The translations under genes and the position numbers were made by a program. The notes beneath the pieces were generated by a model. It was not told where the DNA came from. It was given only the letters and a program-made list of their open reading frames with translations, and did not search any database. A DNA stretch of 64,000 nt from assembly GCA_002269645.1 (NCBI GenBank), contig NIVC01003670.1, positions 1-64,000 on the forward strand, read 5' to 3'. Origin of the DNA: Macrostomum lignano (lineage: Eukaryota). Of this stretch, positions 45,306 to 58,325 are shown piece by piece; within the stretch, counting starts at the first letter, position 1; each line of letters opens with the position of its first letter.

Positions 45306-47517
45306 TCAACCCATACAGGCTGAGAATGCATTCTTAATAGCGGTTCTAGCGTACGGTATGTAGCTAATAGAATACCAGACCAGTGCTAGGAACTGCAGCA
45401 GGCAGAAGATTACGGCTAACACGCTTTTCTTCCACCAGATAGCGGCCATCAATGTCAGGGCCATAAACAGCAGCATCAGTAGGGTGGCAATTAGTCGAGT
45501 TGGGGCGAACATCTTCTTTAACTGATTAATTGGACCCATGAGGAAACAGGTGGACGCCAGTGACAGGACGTTGCCAATAGTGTAAAATGTGGCAAATATG
45601 ACCAATCCGTGAGGTAATGCGATCAGTGCGCTGCCCTGCAAGTAGCGACGGTGTGGGTTGCGACAGGTGTCATTTTGGTGTACAGGTGCACTGCAGATAT
45701 TATAGAATGCCAAAATCAAAGTCACAGTATCAAAATCTAAGTCTGAGTATCAAAATCAAAGTCAGAATGCCAAAATCAGTCACAGTAGCAAAATCAAACT
45801 CAGAATGCCAAAATCAAAGTCAGGATGCCAAAACCAAAGCCAGGATGCCAAAATCAAAGTCAGAATGCGAAAATCAAAGTCAGAATGCCAAAATCAAAGT
45901 CAGAGTATCAAAATCAAAGTCAGAGTATCAAAATCAAAGTCAGAATGCCAAAATCAAGGTCAGGATGCTAAAATCAAGGTCAGGATGCCAAAATCAAAGT
46001 CAGAATGCTAAAATCAAGGTCAGGATGCCAAAATCAAGGTCAGGATGCCAAAATCAAGGTCAGAATGCTAAAATCAAGGTCAGGATGCCAAAATCAAGGT
46101 CAGAATGCTAAAATCAAGGTCAGGATGCCAAAATCAAGGTCAGGATACCAAAATCAAAGTCAGAATGCTAAAATCAAGGTCAGGATGCCAAAATCAAGGT
46201 CAGGATGCCAAAATCAAAGTCAGAATGCTAAAATCAAGGTCAGGATGCCAAAATCAAGGTCAGGATGCCAAAACCAAGGTCAGGATGCCAAAATAAAAGT
46301 CAGAATGCTAAAATCAAGGTCAGGATGCCAAAATCAAGGTCAGGATGCCAAAATCAAGGTCAGGATGCCAAAATCAAAGTCAGAATGCTAAAATCAAGGT
46401 CAGGATGCCAAAATCAAGGTCAGGATGCCAAAATCAAAGTCAGAATGCTAAAATCAAGGTCAGGATGCCAAAATCAAGGTCAGGATGCCAAAACCAAAGT
46501 CAGGATGCCAAAATCAAGGTCAGGATGCCAAAATCAAGGTCAGGATGCCAAAATCAAGGTCAGGATGCCAAAACCAAAGTCAGGATGCCAAAATCAAGGT
46601 CAGGATGCCAAAATCAAGGTCAGGATGCCAAAATCAAGGTCAGGATGCTATTGTGTCAATGAAAGCAACTTGAAACACATTTGTTTGCTACAAAAGCCTC
46701 AACTTTCCATTCAGTACTAAGGTGAGTGCATGCTAGTTGATGGTAATTCTATCCAACAGGTATTTACTTAGAAAAGCAGCAAGGCACAGATACAATTGCA
46801 ACTTACTAGCAGGGAAAAAATCCAGCCAATAACGAAGCAGGCTATGAATCCTTTAATCCGCGAGCTCCAACTGAATGTTGTTCTGTCGCTGAACTGTTTG
46901 AAATTGTGAAATTCAAATAGATTTTTTGAGAATTAGGACAGTATAAAAATATAGCTTCTAGAATGAATGTTAAACAATTAGTAATAAAATTCGACAATAT
47001 TTGAAATAATAAGAAAACAAAAAACAAATAACAATTAACAGTACAAACTTTAATTTAAAAAGTGCATAATACTTAGTACATAAAACAACACAACATTTTT
47101 CTCTTGGGAGCGAACAAAACCAGAACTAGAGATCTACATTGATTGGGAAACTGTTATTTAGTTATAACAATCAACAACAGAATTTTTTATTAACGTGTTA
47201 TAGCAAATGGCTCTACCCACCCTCCAGAGTAGTGGCATATCATCATCATTGTCCTAGGGATTTTAATCAAGCCAATAAATATATTAAAATAAAATAAAAA
47301 TAAAAAAATAACTAGGACATAATTCAGAATGTTCTAGTTCTAGCCTTGGCTGGACTTGGCTGGCTTTCATGGCTTATATACTCGTATGTCTATGGCACTG
47401 AACCTACAAACACCAAAATGTGTTTTCCTTAAATCAAATACTTACCTCTGTCATGATTCCTTCTCTATCAGTGTTATCATCATCATTGCCAGATAGAACT
47501 TTCTTTAACTTGTCCAT
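45306..47517 (-). CDS. SFT2D2: Vesicle transport protein SFT2 (Got1/Sft2 family), 162 aa
   Basis: Exons 47517..47446 (MDKLKKVLSG..), 46893..46807 (SWSSRIKGFIACF..) and 45635..45306 (FYTIGN..FLMGP.NQLKKMF.PTRLIAT..WYS.SYIPYAR), all phase 0 with GT-AG sites. Confidence 0.93.
45706..46648. repeat. 20-bp minisatellite (GCCAAAATCAAGGTCAGGAT)n in SFT2 intron 2
   Basis: Read directly. Confidence 0.96.
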
Positions 47518-47834
47518 GCTTGTCAATTCAGAAATATTTTATATTGTAGCAAGAATAAAAAAGAAGTAGTTGATATAGTATAAAAATGCTATGCAATGTA
47601 AAAAAGATGCCCCTTCTTCCTATTAATGTTATTCAATTATATAAGATCACGAGGCCAACTCCTCCGTTGGCAGAGTAAGGGGATAGAACTCCCATCGCCA
47701 GAATTTCATTCCCTGAAATCCATCAGCTGAATCCAATGACACAAATCCCATTGTCCAAATCCTCTATTAACCTCCCAAAAACCATTGTTTTACCTGCTTG
47801 CGAAAATTGACTGCCTGCCATCGTCCAGACTGAG

Positions 47835-48255
47835 ACTCTCGTCTGTCTCCTCTCTCCTCTTTGCTCTCTCATCTCTAATCTCTCCTATCTGCTCTCTTCT
47901 CCTCGCTTATCTATCATTTCTCATCTCATATCTACTCTCTTATCTCTCCTCTCTGCACTCTCATATCTCTACTTTCTCCCCTCTCCTCTCTCCCTTATCC
48001 TCTCACTTCTCTCTCCTTTATCCCCTCATCTCTACTCATTTATCTCTTCTCTCTCATCTTTCAGCTCTACTCCCTTCTGTCTCCTCTTTCTTCTCTCTTA
48101 ACCCCCTCTCCTCTCTCCTCTCAATTCTCTCATCTCTTCTCTCGCCTTTATTATCTTTTTTTTCTCTTCTATTATCTGTCCCTTTTAACTCTCTCTTTTC
48201 ATGTTCTCTTTTATCAAATCTTTTATTTTCTCTTCCCTTTTCTCTTTTCTGAGCT
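47835..48255. repeat. CT-rich low-complexity tract
   Basis: Read directly. Confidence 0.9.
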
Positions 48256-48384
48256 ATTCCCTTTCATTTAGCCATTTCATCCTCTCCATAAAACAGATAT
48301 CATCAGAGATCATTTCTATATGTAACATGCCTATATATTTCTTGTTTGACCACACTGGGACCAAGAGGGTAATAACCTAGTGAA

Positions 48385-48540
48385 GGGGGTTGTAGCCTAG
48401 TGGTTGGAGTATTAGACTTGCAACTTGAAGGTCAGGGGTTCAATTCCCAATCCCATTGGGATTGTCTTATTTAAGCAAGACACTTAACTCTATATTGCTT
48501 TATTTTACCTAGCCATAAATGGGTATCAGTATTAGCTGGG
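48385..48540 (+). mobile_element. tRNA-derived SINE, family B
   Basis: A box TAGCCTAGTGG and B box GGTTCAATTCC, then AGCAAGACACTTAAC and AATGGGTA motifs typical of conserved-core SINE bodies. Confidence 0.7.
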
Positions 48541-48837
48541 ATAATTAAAATGGCTTACTAATACTAATATTACTGGCAAAAGCAATATATCTTTCTAAAT
48601 AGTAGCAATGCAATATAACTTTAAATATTTGACATATATGTTAAACAATATATGTTTTATATGCTCTGTGCTCTATTCTGAAGTCCTAGATACTAGGCAT
48701 AGAGTGTGGCTATTTTAGGCAGTTGTGTTGAGACCATTTTATTATTTAATGCTAAGACTTAGACCCTAATAGATATTTTGGAGATATAGCTAGATGCTAG
48801 ATTGGCATTTAGAAAGCATAGCAGTCTAGGCAGGGAG

Positions 48838-49612
48838 GGTGCACATCAAAATGGTCATACGCAAAATGGCCTTACAATGGAACGGCCACACCATCAAAAT
48901 GGCCATATGTCAAAATGGCCACATATAACAAATTTGGATAGCCGCACCGTCAAAATTGCCACACTGTCAAAATGGTTATTGCCTAGGCCGCCAAGACTCC
49001 CCAGAGCAGGCATACACACAGAAGTGTACAGCAGCCCTAACTTCATTTTATCGTTAGGCATATACACTTCACTGGGCCTTGGGGTTGGCTCTCAATGCTG
49101 CTAATTGCATGAGTGAGCCAAGCCGAGATTCCAATTTAGCCCAAATTAATGACTACACTTGGAATTGAGCCTGGGTCGCTGGCACACCAGAGTAGCTACA
49201 CCTGGGCTATGCCCCCCCCTCAACTATTACTCTATATACTCAAGAAAAGTGTATTTGTTGTGCAGCATAAAAGGTTCACAATTGACACATTGCCTAAGTT
49301 AAAAACTATGAATATGTGCATAGTGCAGTATGCACTAAACATATTTAAATATATTTGCACATATATAAACATATTTGCACATTGTATTATAAACTAATGT
49401 TGTGTCACATCTTATAAAAATTTGTTATATGTGGCCGTTTTGATGGTGTGGCCATCCAAATTTGTTATATGTGGCCATTTTGACATGTGGCTATTTTGAT
49501 AATGCAGCCATCCAAATCTATTATATGTGGCCATATTGATGTGTGGCCATTTTGACAGTGTGGTCATTCTATCGTGAAGCCATTTTGTGTCTGGCCATTT
49601 TGACATAAATTT
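48838..49612. mobile_element. Foldback/MULE-like non-autonomous element with a SINE inserted
   Basis: CAAAATGGCC motif arrays in inverted orientation at each end, flanked by the 9-bp direct repeat GGCAGGGAG (48829..48837, 49613..49621). The extreme termini match poorly. Confidence 0.55.
48976..49219 (-). mobile_element. tRNA-derived SINE, family A (second copy)
   Basis: The reverse complement aligns along its length with 8050..8331. Confidence 0.8.
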
Positions 49613-49701
49613 GGCAGGGAGACCAATGTTGCATTCTATGCAAGGGAATGCCTGATAAAGCCTTTTAACATGTTGCATAAGTGACAAATTTGACTGGCTA
49701 G

Positions 49702-50003
49702 TAGAGGTTAGATAGGAGTGAAATCTTCAGGTGGGATTAGGATTGGGAATAATTTTTTTCTTGGGATCGAGATTGGGATCAGGATTCGGGAATCAGGATC
49801 AGGTCTTCTAGTGTATTGTAGCTTGTAGGTCTATATAAAGTTAAATCACTAATTAGTAATCACTAATTCTATAAATTTTTAATCAAAAGACCTGTTCCCG
49901 TTTCTTGTGTTTTTTAGGGTTGGGATTCTAGTCTCGCAGGAATCCAATTTTCCTCAGGATCCCAAGATTTTGGGATTGGGATCGGGATCCCATCTGACCT
50001 CTA
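49702..50003. mobile_element. hAT-like MITE, 302 bp
   Basis: TIR TAGAGGT(T/C)AGAT. 8-bp TSD CTGGCTAG / CTGGCTGG (7/8). Confidence 0.65.
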
Positions 50004-53000
50004 CTGGCTGGCTATGCCATCCACTTGGAGGCCTACTACCTTGAGCTTTAAATAAAATACTTTTGTTTAAGTTGCAAAGACATATAGCCAAGACAAAGGG
50101 TGAATGGAGAGATATACTAATAGGCTTTGTCTAATTCTGGCACCCTAGCTAGAGGCGACTTTTTAAAAAAGAGTTTTTTTATAAAAAAAGCTAAAAATTA
50201 AAATAAATAGCTCAACTTGCAATTTGCCAAATTAAGTACTTATCCAGTACCTAATGCAGCCTTTCCTAAAAGTCAGTGTTGGGCACCAGTCCATTAATAA
50301 GCATTAATCCATTAATAAGCATTAATAAGCATTAAAATTTTTCATTAACGTTAATGGACTGTCGTTAAGATTTTTTTGAACTAATGGACTAACGAATTTG
50401 CATTAAAAATTTTGTGAATTAACAATAAATTCATAGTTAATGGTAGTGTTATATCAATGACCAAAGATGCAAAGAAGGAACGAAAAATAGAAGTCTTACA
50501 AGAAGTTTAAACATTACAAACATATTTGAGCTTACCTATATATATGCCTAAATATAATCTCTTTTATTATGACGATGATCATACAGACGTACATGTAATT
50601 AACAACTTCTTACAAATAAACTTTAAAATAATGAATTAAAATAGTGTGAAACTTTATTTCTTGCGCGTGAGCATCAATTGCTTTGATTCACTTCTGTCCC
50701 AATCTTTCGCAACTTTCTGCTGCGCCTGCTAATGGTACTGAAACAACCTTCCTATGTGTATTTAATTATGAATTTTTTCATTATTAGCTTTTAAGTTTCA
50801 AATAAAATAAGTTACTTTTTTACCATATGCTTTACTTTTAGTAGTATTATGCATGCAAGTTTTTAAAATGATTATTTATTAAACTTTTAGCTTTCAAATC
50901 GCTTAGATGACTTCTATGTTTCGCTAAAAAGATGGAATAGCAAAGACGTGCATTACGAAGTCTGTTTTGGAAAAAATGTGCAAGATTTCCATATTTTCTA
51001 TGTTAACTTTAACGGATTAATGCTTATTAACGATTATCAGTGAAATTTCAGTTAACTTAACAAAATTAGGAGTTAAAAAGTTAAGATTTTTTTGTTTCAA
51101 TGCTAACGCTTTTGCTATTAATGGAAGTTAAGATTTTCATTAAGGCAGTTGGTTTTTGTCCGGTGACCGGACAAATAGCGACATGGTTATTTGTCCGGTT
51201 ACTGGACAAATAGCCATTTTATATAATAAAATTATTTATTTAGAAAAGATAAATTATCCATAGAATAGATAATTATTTAGAATAATATGTTATTATACTA
51301 GTGTCCAGTTGGCTCCTTTATAGTTACGATTTAGCAATTCATTGGAACGCTTTTACCTATTGGAATGCTGAATTTCAAACTAAAGGTCACACTTCTCTAA
51401 TAAATAAAAGCCAATGAACCAAAGTTTATTGTGCATATTAAAGTTAAGACTTGCATCTATTTTTTTTCCATATGGGGCACAATTATACTGCGCCAATACA
51501 GAGCAATTCTCTAGCCCCCTTCCAGCCACCCTTTAGCTGCCCTAAAGCCAACTTTCACTGCCAGATTTTCATAGAAACAGCATTGACCATGTGAAACATG
51601 TTTTGGGGCAATCAATTAAGAGAATATGTGAATCATTTTTATAAAAATTACACCTGGGGCACTCATTTAAAATTTTGGTGTGGCTGGAAGGTAGCAACGG
51701 ACATGTCAGTCCTGCAAGCTAAATTTTAAGTGAAACTAATTGCGCGTGTAGTTCATGTACACTAGTATAACAGGGTCCATGAGAAATGCCCGCAGACAAA
51801 TTGCCCGCCGAGATTTGCCCGCAGGAGATTTGCCCGCAGAGATTTGCCCGCTGAGCTTTTCCTGCCGAGATTTGCCCGCAGTGCAATTTGCCCGCAGTGC
51901 AATTTGCCCGCAGGAGATTTGCCCGCAGGGGGTTTGCCCGCCGAGCTTTTCCCGCCGTAATTTGCCCGCAATGCAATCTGCCCGCAAGTGAATTGCCCGC
52001 CGAGATTTGCCCGCCGAGATTTGCCCGCGGTGATTTGCCCGCGGAGATTTGCCCGCGGAGATTTGCCCGCGGAGATTTGCCCGCGGAGATTTGCCCGCGA
52101 GCGAATTGCCCGCCGAGATTTGCCCGCGGAGATTTCCGCAATGCCTTTTCCTTTAGTGTTGCACTTACTCGTACATGTAGCCTTGCGAGTAGCGACAGAT
52201 TTGCCTGCATTGCGTTTTGTCAACACCCAATGCTAAGTAATGTCATTTTTAATAAAAATATTTAGCCAATCAAATTGCTCCTGTAGTATAGATGTAACTG
52301 TATTTCAAATTTCTCTATGCAGATTTTTCTTGTGGGAGAAGTTTTCATTTCTATAGCGGCACATCAGTGAGCCACATATATTCTATATAGCTAATGCCCC
52401 CCTAGACTAGAGCATGCTCGATGCAATTTTTGGTGCTGCAGTTGAGATTTTTTCGTGGGAAATGAAAAAACTAAAAAACTAAAATTTCTTTTGCAACAAC
52501 TTTTCCACAATTGTGTCTTGTCAATGGAGGAAAGAATAAATTGGAGTGCTAATCTGAGCCAGTTATTTTTATCTCGCTCGATCTTTACTTCTAACATCCC
52601 TTCCCCCCGTTCCTTCCTATTGGCTGAAAGCATATTTTGATGCGAGCTCATACTATGCTGGGACAGACCTTTCAGAGGGGAACGAAAGCGAAAATGAGCC
52701 AAAAAATACTTTGTCTATGGCAGTCACGAGCCAATGTATGTAGCATACATGTATTAGCTATAATAGTAAAAATGTAGTGAGAAAAGACAGAATACAGTAG
52801 AGCTGCTGCTAATTGGGACAAAACAAACATTTTCTACGCAAAATTGTAACTATTATTTAAACAAAGTAACCGTCGAATTAAGTGAAATTTTTATAACATG
52901 CAAAAATGACAAGGAGATTTATCATTTAATTAATTTAGTAGTTTATCATACATTTGTAAGTAGCTTTACTTAATGATAAATCTCCTTAAGTTACAGTACA

Positions 53001-53306
53001 TGTAGTTGAAATTAAGGCTGCTATTGAAAATATAAGTGTATTATTGCATTTATATAGATGATAGAGGAAATAAGACAGTAGTAGACAGTGGATATTATCA
53101 GATATATATATATATATATATATATAAAACACAATTTATAATCAAGTGTCAACAATGGGCCAAGGAAAAAAACAATCGCATCATGTGCATGTAAGCCATA
53201 TAGGTCAAAGTCAACTTAAAATGAATGAATAATAAAACCAATTAAACAGGCAGTAGTCATAGATATGCCGATATGGTATTTCGATTTTAGTTTAACTTCT
53301 ACCATA

Positions 53307-53480
53307 CAGTGGCGCAGCCAGGGGGCCTGTCTCCCTCCCCTCGAAATTTACCCCCCCCCCAATTCCGGAGAAAAAATTGCTGCTCCCCCTGAAATTCTGG
53401 AGAAAAAACCCCGCCCTCCTATACCCCCTCCTCCGGGTGTTGAATGCCCCCCCACAAAAAAATTTCTGGCTGCGCCACTG
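53307..53480. mobile_element. hAT MITE, 174 bp, innermost insertion
   Basis: Perfect 15-bp TIR CAGTGGCGCAGCCAG and perfect 8-bp TSD CTACCATA (53299..53306, 53481..53488). Confidence 0.92.
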
Positions 53481-53834
53481 CTACCATAACTCTTCTCACT
53501 TCTTATTTGCCTCAGAATGAATAGGGAATAGAAATAGACACAATGACTTAAAATGAAATTTCAATTTTAAAAACTTGAACTTCTACTTTCATCATTCTAA
53601 TTTATGTTCCGCTGGGATTTTGTGATTTGAATCTTAGGGCACCAACACTAAAAGTTGTTTCCAGTTTCCATATACGGTTTCTGTAAAATCTCAAGCATTA
53701 AAATTGGAGTCCTGATAGGGTATAACAAACTAAGTTAAATTCATTTTGCAACTTAGTAAAATGTAAACTAAACATCTAATATATATAGTCAGAATTGGAA
53801 ACTGTACGTCCAATTCAATTACAATCGTTGCAAC

Positions 53835-55274
53835 TCACTTCTTCAAATGATGAGCGATGCCCCTTAGAAATGAATGCAAAGGGAAGTTCGCGGGCAGACC
53901 TCCACCTTCAGCATTCCAGCGTTGCGTGACTTCAAGAACCATATTGTCGTTCTGGGCGTACTTTGTCTTCTTCTTAGGAGTTTCACCGGCAGCAGCTCTG
54001 GCAATCAATAGTGACTGATGGTCGACTTCTTTCTTGAGTTCGTTGATAAGCCGAAACAAATTCGGATTGCTGCAGCCCAGAATTGACTGAAGCCTTCTGT
54101 GCCAGGCTTCAACGGAGTTGTTGGTGGGATGCAGTCCATTCAGGGTTCGCTCACGAACGTTCCAGATTGAAGGCGCGAATCGTGGCTGCCGTCTTCTTCC
54201 ATTAGGCAGCCTCCGACCAATCCACTGTGCCTCGAAGTAGTCAGCAGTCGAAATCATGGCCTCAGGGAAGTCGGGAAGCATTATCAACTGATCAAACGCA
54301 GCAGGAACGCTATTGAGAGGAACAAACGCCAGTGCTGAAAGGGAGCGAAGCCAGAGTGACATTTCGCCATCCTCTTCTTCAAGTTGGCCTTTTAACCCTT
54401 CAGCAACCGCCCTTCTATAAACGCACTGAATAAGGTGAAATAGACAGCCTGTTGGCTCAACGCTAAAGACCTGCTGAACTGCGTTCATATTAGCTCGCTC
54501 AAAATCTGACATCCAGCGAAGTGGTCTAATATTTGGCGCTAATTGAAGGATAGCCTCGTAAAGTCGACAATAAGTTGCCTCATTCTTGTTGGGTAGTAAA
54601 GCATAGATGAGGGGCCTCACGAAGCGTTGAATTTCAGCATGGACTGTCACTAGCTGAGCGAAAAGTGGTGGTGAAGCGTCAAATGTGCCATCGGAAAAAA
54701 AGTCGGTAGCTCCTTGCAAAGCATGGAGGCTTTCTTCACTACCAAATAATAAAATTCGGTTGTTGTTTTGTCCAGAGTCGTAAAGCAAAAATGGTGCACC
54801 ATTATGCAGACGAAACTCATCTGGTATAATGAGCTCGGCAAGGGTGGCCGGCTGTACTGGGAGACCCTGGTGGGTCTGTCGAACGTCTTGAACTAGCCGC
54901 TTTAGAGTACTCTGAGTTGGAAGGGCTATGCCAGCAGATTCAGATAACCCATTAGTGTGCTCTGTAACTATATTCGCAGTCAAATTGAAGGTGTTTCTGG
55001 CATCCGACTTTATCATCCTAATTGCTTCCAAAACTTGGAACCGAGAACCATCTGGTCCGTGATTGTGCACGTTCAACTGTCGAATTTTAAGACCATTTCG
55101 GATGTGAATTCGGGCCGGACAGGATCCTAGACGCCGCTCTTCGCACTGCCAGAAGCTTACTTCTATATCGACCGCGCTGGCTCGTTCGAATGTATAATAA
55201 TATCCTTCGCATGCTGCTTTACGTTTGCCACGATTTGTTGCACTAAATCGCACAGCGATCGGAGGAGCTTCCAT
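53835..55274 (-). CDS. MULE transposase with FLYWCH zinc finger (479 aa from the ATG at 55274)
   Basis: GYYY..FWQC..CPARI..HNH (FLYWCH), DGTF, YALLPNK, SDFE, GCLFHLIQ and TNNSVEAWH. The ORF is uninterrupted and all D-D-E motifs are present. Confidence 0.93.
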   Translation of the reverse strand: MEAPPIAVRFSATNRGKRKAACEGYYYTFERASAVDIEVSFWQCEERRLGSCPARIHIRNGLKIRQLNVHNHGPDGSRFQVLEAIRMIKSDARNTFNLTANIVTEHTNGLSESAGIALPTQSTLKRLVQDVRQTHQGLPVQPATLAELIIPDEFRLHNGAPFLLYDSGQNNNRILLFGSEESLHALQGATDFFSDGTFDASPPLFAQLVTVHAEIQRFVRPLIYALLPNKNEATYCRLYEAILQLAPNIRPLRWMSDFERANMNAVQQVFSVEPTGCLFHLIQCVYRRAVAEGLKGQLEEEDGEMSLWLRSLSALAFVPLNSVPAAFDQLIMLPDFPEAMISTADYFEAQWIGRRLPNGRRRQPRFAPSIWNVRERTLNGLHPTNNSVEAWHRRLQSILGCSNPNLFRLINELKKEVDHQSLLIARAAAGETPKKKTKYAQNDNMVLEVTQRWNAEGGGLPANFPLHSFLRGIAHHLKK

Positions 55275-57816
55275 ATTATTTGTCAATAGCAAGTTGAGCA
55301 ACCAAATAGATTCAGTTAATTCCAGAATCCAGACAAACTATTTATTGGGCTTATATACTTAGTTGTAAGAAGGCAATCAATAAAAGCCCAAACAGCTATA
55401 GCTTAAGGAGAGGACGAGACCCAGACGGTTTTTATTACCATAGGGTGATCGACTTTAGAAAAAGGGGTGGGGGTATGGGCCTCTGTGGGTAAGGTGGTCT
55501 GTGCTGGGGCAGAGGGCCTAGGGAGCACCAGCTCAGCGGGGCAATCTTAATAGGCAGAGGGAAGAGGGAAAGTGTACATTGACAATGTACAATAAGCGCC
55601 GAACACTCAACATTGGATAAGGACAAGAAAGCAATCTTCTAACCTTGATCTTGGATTGGTTTTATAACTTTAATACTATAGTAACTTTATAGTAATGATA
55701 CGAAACGTGACTTGCGGATGGATAAACAGGTGTATTTCGTGTATGAATCACCTTGTCTTGTGTGTGTCTGTGGTCAGCAAAAGTCAAACTTTGCGACCCA
55801 AACGCGGCGCCAAAAATTGCATCGAGCATGCTCTAGTCTAGGGGGGCATTAGCTATATAGAATATATGTGGCTCACTGATGTGCCGCTATAGAAATGAAA
55901 ACTTCTCCCACAAGAAAAATCTGCATAGAGAAATTTGAAATACAGTTACATCTATACTACAGGAGCAATTTGATTGGCTAAATATTTTTATTAAAAATGA
56001 CATTACTTAGCATTGGGTGTTGACAAAACGCAATGCAGGCAAATCTGTCGCTACTCGCAAGGCTACATGTACGAGTAAGTGCAACACTAAAGGAAAAGGC
56101 ATTGCGGAAATCTCCGCGGGCAAATCTCGGCGGGCAATTCGCTCGCGGGCAAATCTCCGCGGGCAAATCTCCGCGGGCAAATCTCCGCGGGCAAATCACC
56201 GCGGGCAAATCTCGGCGGGCAAATCTCCGCGGGCAATTCACTCGCGGGCAGATTGCATTGCGGGCAAATTACGGCGGGAAAAGCTCGGCGGGCAAACCCC
56301 CTGCGGGCAAATCTCCTGCGGGCAAATTGCACTGCGGGCAAATCTCGGCAGGAAAAGCTCGGCGGGCAAATCTCCGCGGGCAAATCTCCTGCGGGCAAAT
56401 CTCGGTGGGCAATTTGTCTGCGGGCATTTCTCGTGCTCCCAGTATAACAATATATTGATCAAGATACGAGTAAGAAGCCGTTAAAAACCAGACATATTCC
56501 TTACAAGTAGATAGTACTAGTAATATATATATTTAACCAAACGAATAACAAAATGGCTATTTGTCCGGTAAAATAACCGGACGAATAGTGAAATGGCTAT
56601 TTGTCTGGTAACCAGACGAATAACCATGTCACTACGACGCTATTCGTCCAGTCACCGGACAAATAACAACTGCCTTTCATTAATGATGCCCAACACTGCT
56701 AATAATAGTCCATTTTATTATGACAAAACATCTAGTCTTTACTTTTCTATTTAGAAAATTATATTTATTAAATATATATAAAATAAAAGACTAGCATTTG
56801 TTATTGTTATAATATTAATAGTGACAATAAAAATAGTAAAAGTTTTTTTATAGTCAAAACATAAAGCAAAAATGCTTATATTATCTGGGCTTATCTAAGT
56901 ACTGACGTGGAGTATGAAATACATTAGTAAACTATTATTTTTGTGGTCCATACAAAAAATACTAATATATATATATATGTAGTCAATGGTTATAGGAAAA
57001 AAAAATTCATTTCATTAGGCTTTAAAATACACTTTTAAACAGTAAATAAGCTTCTTTAGTTAGAGGCCGCGATAGAACGTTTCGGTGAATCACAAAAATC
57101 AAACTTGTTTAAAAAATGTTTTTTTTAAAATAATATTGCCCGTACAGTAGAGTATACTAATAAATAGATAAAGCCTATATTAAAAAAAGTAAACTTAATT
57201 TTTGGCTAAGGTTGTACAGTTTTAGTGATTTTTTGTTTTACTAATTATAACCAGTATATATTTTTAAATTGCGCATGCTCTAAACTTCGTTACTGCTTAC
57301 TGCCGTCGTAGCTGTGCTGCCGGCCCTGCCGCCAACTCGTCAACTCTTTGATGAGTTGTCTCCATCTAAAAAGTAGAGAAGAGGAGTTTGTATAATTCAG
57401 TAAGTCAATTGTTGTAACAGCCTGCACTGCACTGCAGGCATGAGTGATAAGTCTTCTGTGTACTTCACAGTACAGTACCTAGGCACCTAGATCATAGCTC
57501 GTAGCTGTCACATGCGTGTATTATTTTAATTTTTGTGTTTATTTATTGGACTTGGAAAAATGTATATACAGGTACGACAAACAATAAACACTTCGCCTTG
57601 ATTGAACGACATGTTTTACACGTACAGTTTCGGTTACATTGAACTGAAACTAAACCAAGTGTACTGAGTAGGCCATATAATAGTCAGAAGCCTTAGGGTA
57701 GGGTAGGGTAGGGCTGCGCATCTTGATAGGCCTACAAAAATCATCCTAGTAGTAGTAAATCTAATCCATTGCTCTTAATTACTATTTTTACATGGTAGTG
57801 CATATCCACACGGCAC

Positions 57817-58325
57817 CCACACTCTCGAATCTGTTATATGGTACGCCGGAAAAAATGACCCCTTACGCCATAAATTTAAGTTTACGCCAGAAAAAATTTT
57901 TGTACATGATATGTACGCCGGAACGAAATTGCAACGTTACGCCAAATTGAAACTCAAATTTTAGGTCCCTTTTCTTTTTGAGTAAAATTACTTTTTACTT
58001 TAAGTTTAATAAACACAAAAATCTGAAAATAAATAAATAGTAACTGTTGTATAGTGTTTCTTGTTTTGTATTTTGTTTTAACATTTTGTTCGTAAAACCA
58101 TTTATTAAACGTTTTTTGTACGTCAATTGAACATACAATACGTGAATACGTCATTTTATACGTCTATTGCCATGCCAGACATCTACGCCAGACACCGATA
58201 CGCCGGCGCAGTGGCGCACAATTGGCATAGCTGTTGTGTTACGCCGGATGTTATACGCCAAGCATATTTTCAGGTCTACTGTACGCCGGGATTTTCCGGC
58301 GTATATGTAAGATTCGGGAGTGGGG
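57817..58325. mobile_element. MITE (509 bp) with TACGCC subterminal repeats
   Basis: TIR CCACACTCTCGAATC / CCCCACTCCCGAATC (13/15), extended by TACGCCGGAAAA. 8-bp direct repeat CACGGCAC at 57809..57816 and 58326..58333. Confidence 0.65.

Larger units (their letters stand above)
51773..56440 (-). mobile_element. Autonomous Mutator (Phantom-type) element, 4668 bp, with foldback TIRs
   Basis: Perfect 9-bp TSD AGTATAACA (51764..51772, 56441..56449). TIRs 51773..~52439 and ~55804..56440 contain GAGATTTGCCCGC arrays. Encodes a transposase. Confidence 0.92.
51144..56674. mobile_element. MULE-type non-autonomous element (~854 bp excluding insert)
   Basis: ~75-bp TIRs starting GGCAGTT, built of palindromic TTTGTCCGGTNACCGGACAAA units. 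Perfect 9-bp TSD TTTCATTAA (51135..51143, 56675..56683). Confidence 0.85.
50274..56698. mobile_element. hAT-type non-autonomous element (~885 bp excluding inserts), outermost host of the nest
   Basis: TIR CAGTGTTGGGCA / TGCCCAACACTG. Flanks CTAAAAGT / CTAATAAT (6/8). CATTAATAAG subterminal repeats. Confidence 0.7.

Noticed and set aside
47340-47405. Extra SFT2 exon after tttgtag (minus strand)
   Set aside because: It has an in-frame stop after 9 codons, and the 3-exon model already gives a full-length protein.
51719-52265. ORFs in the GC-rich arrays (and at 55978..56484)
   Set aside because: Translations of the tandem repeats in the Mutator TIRs.
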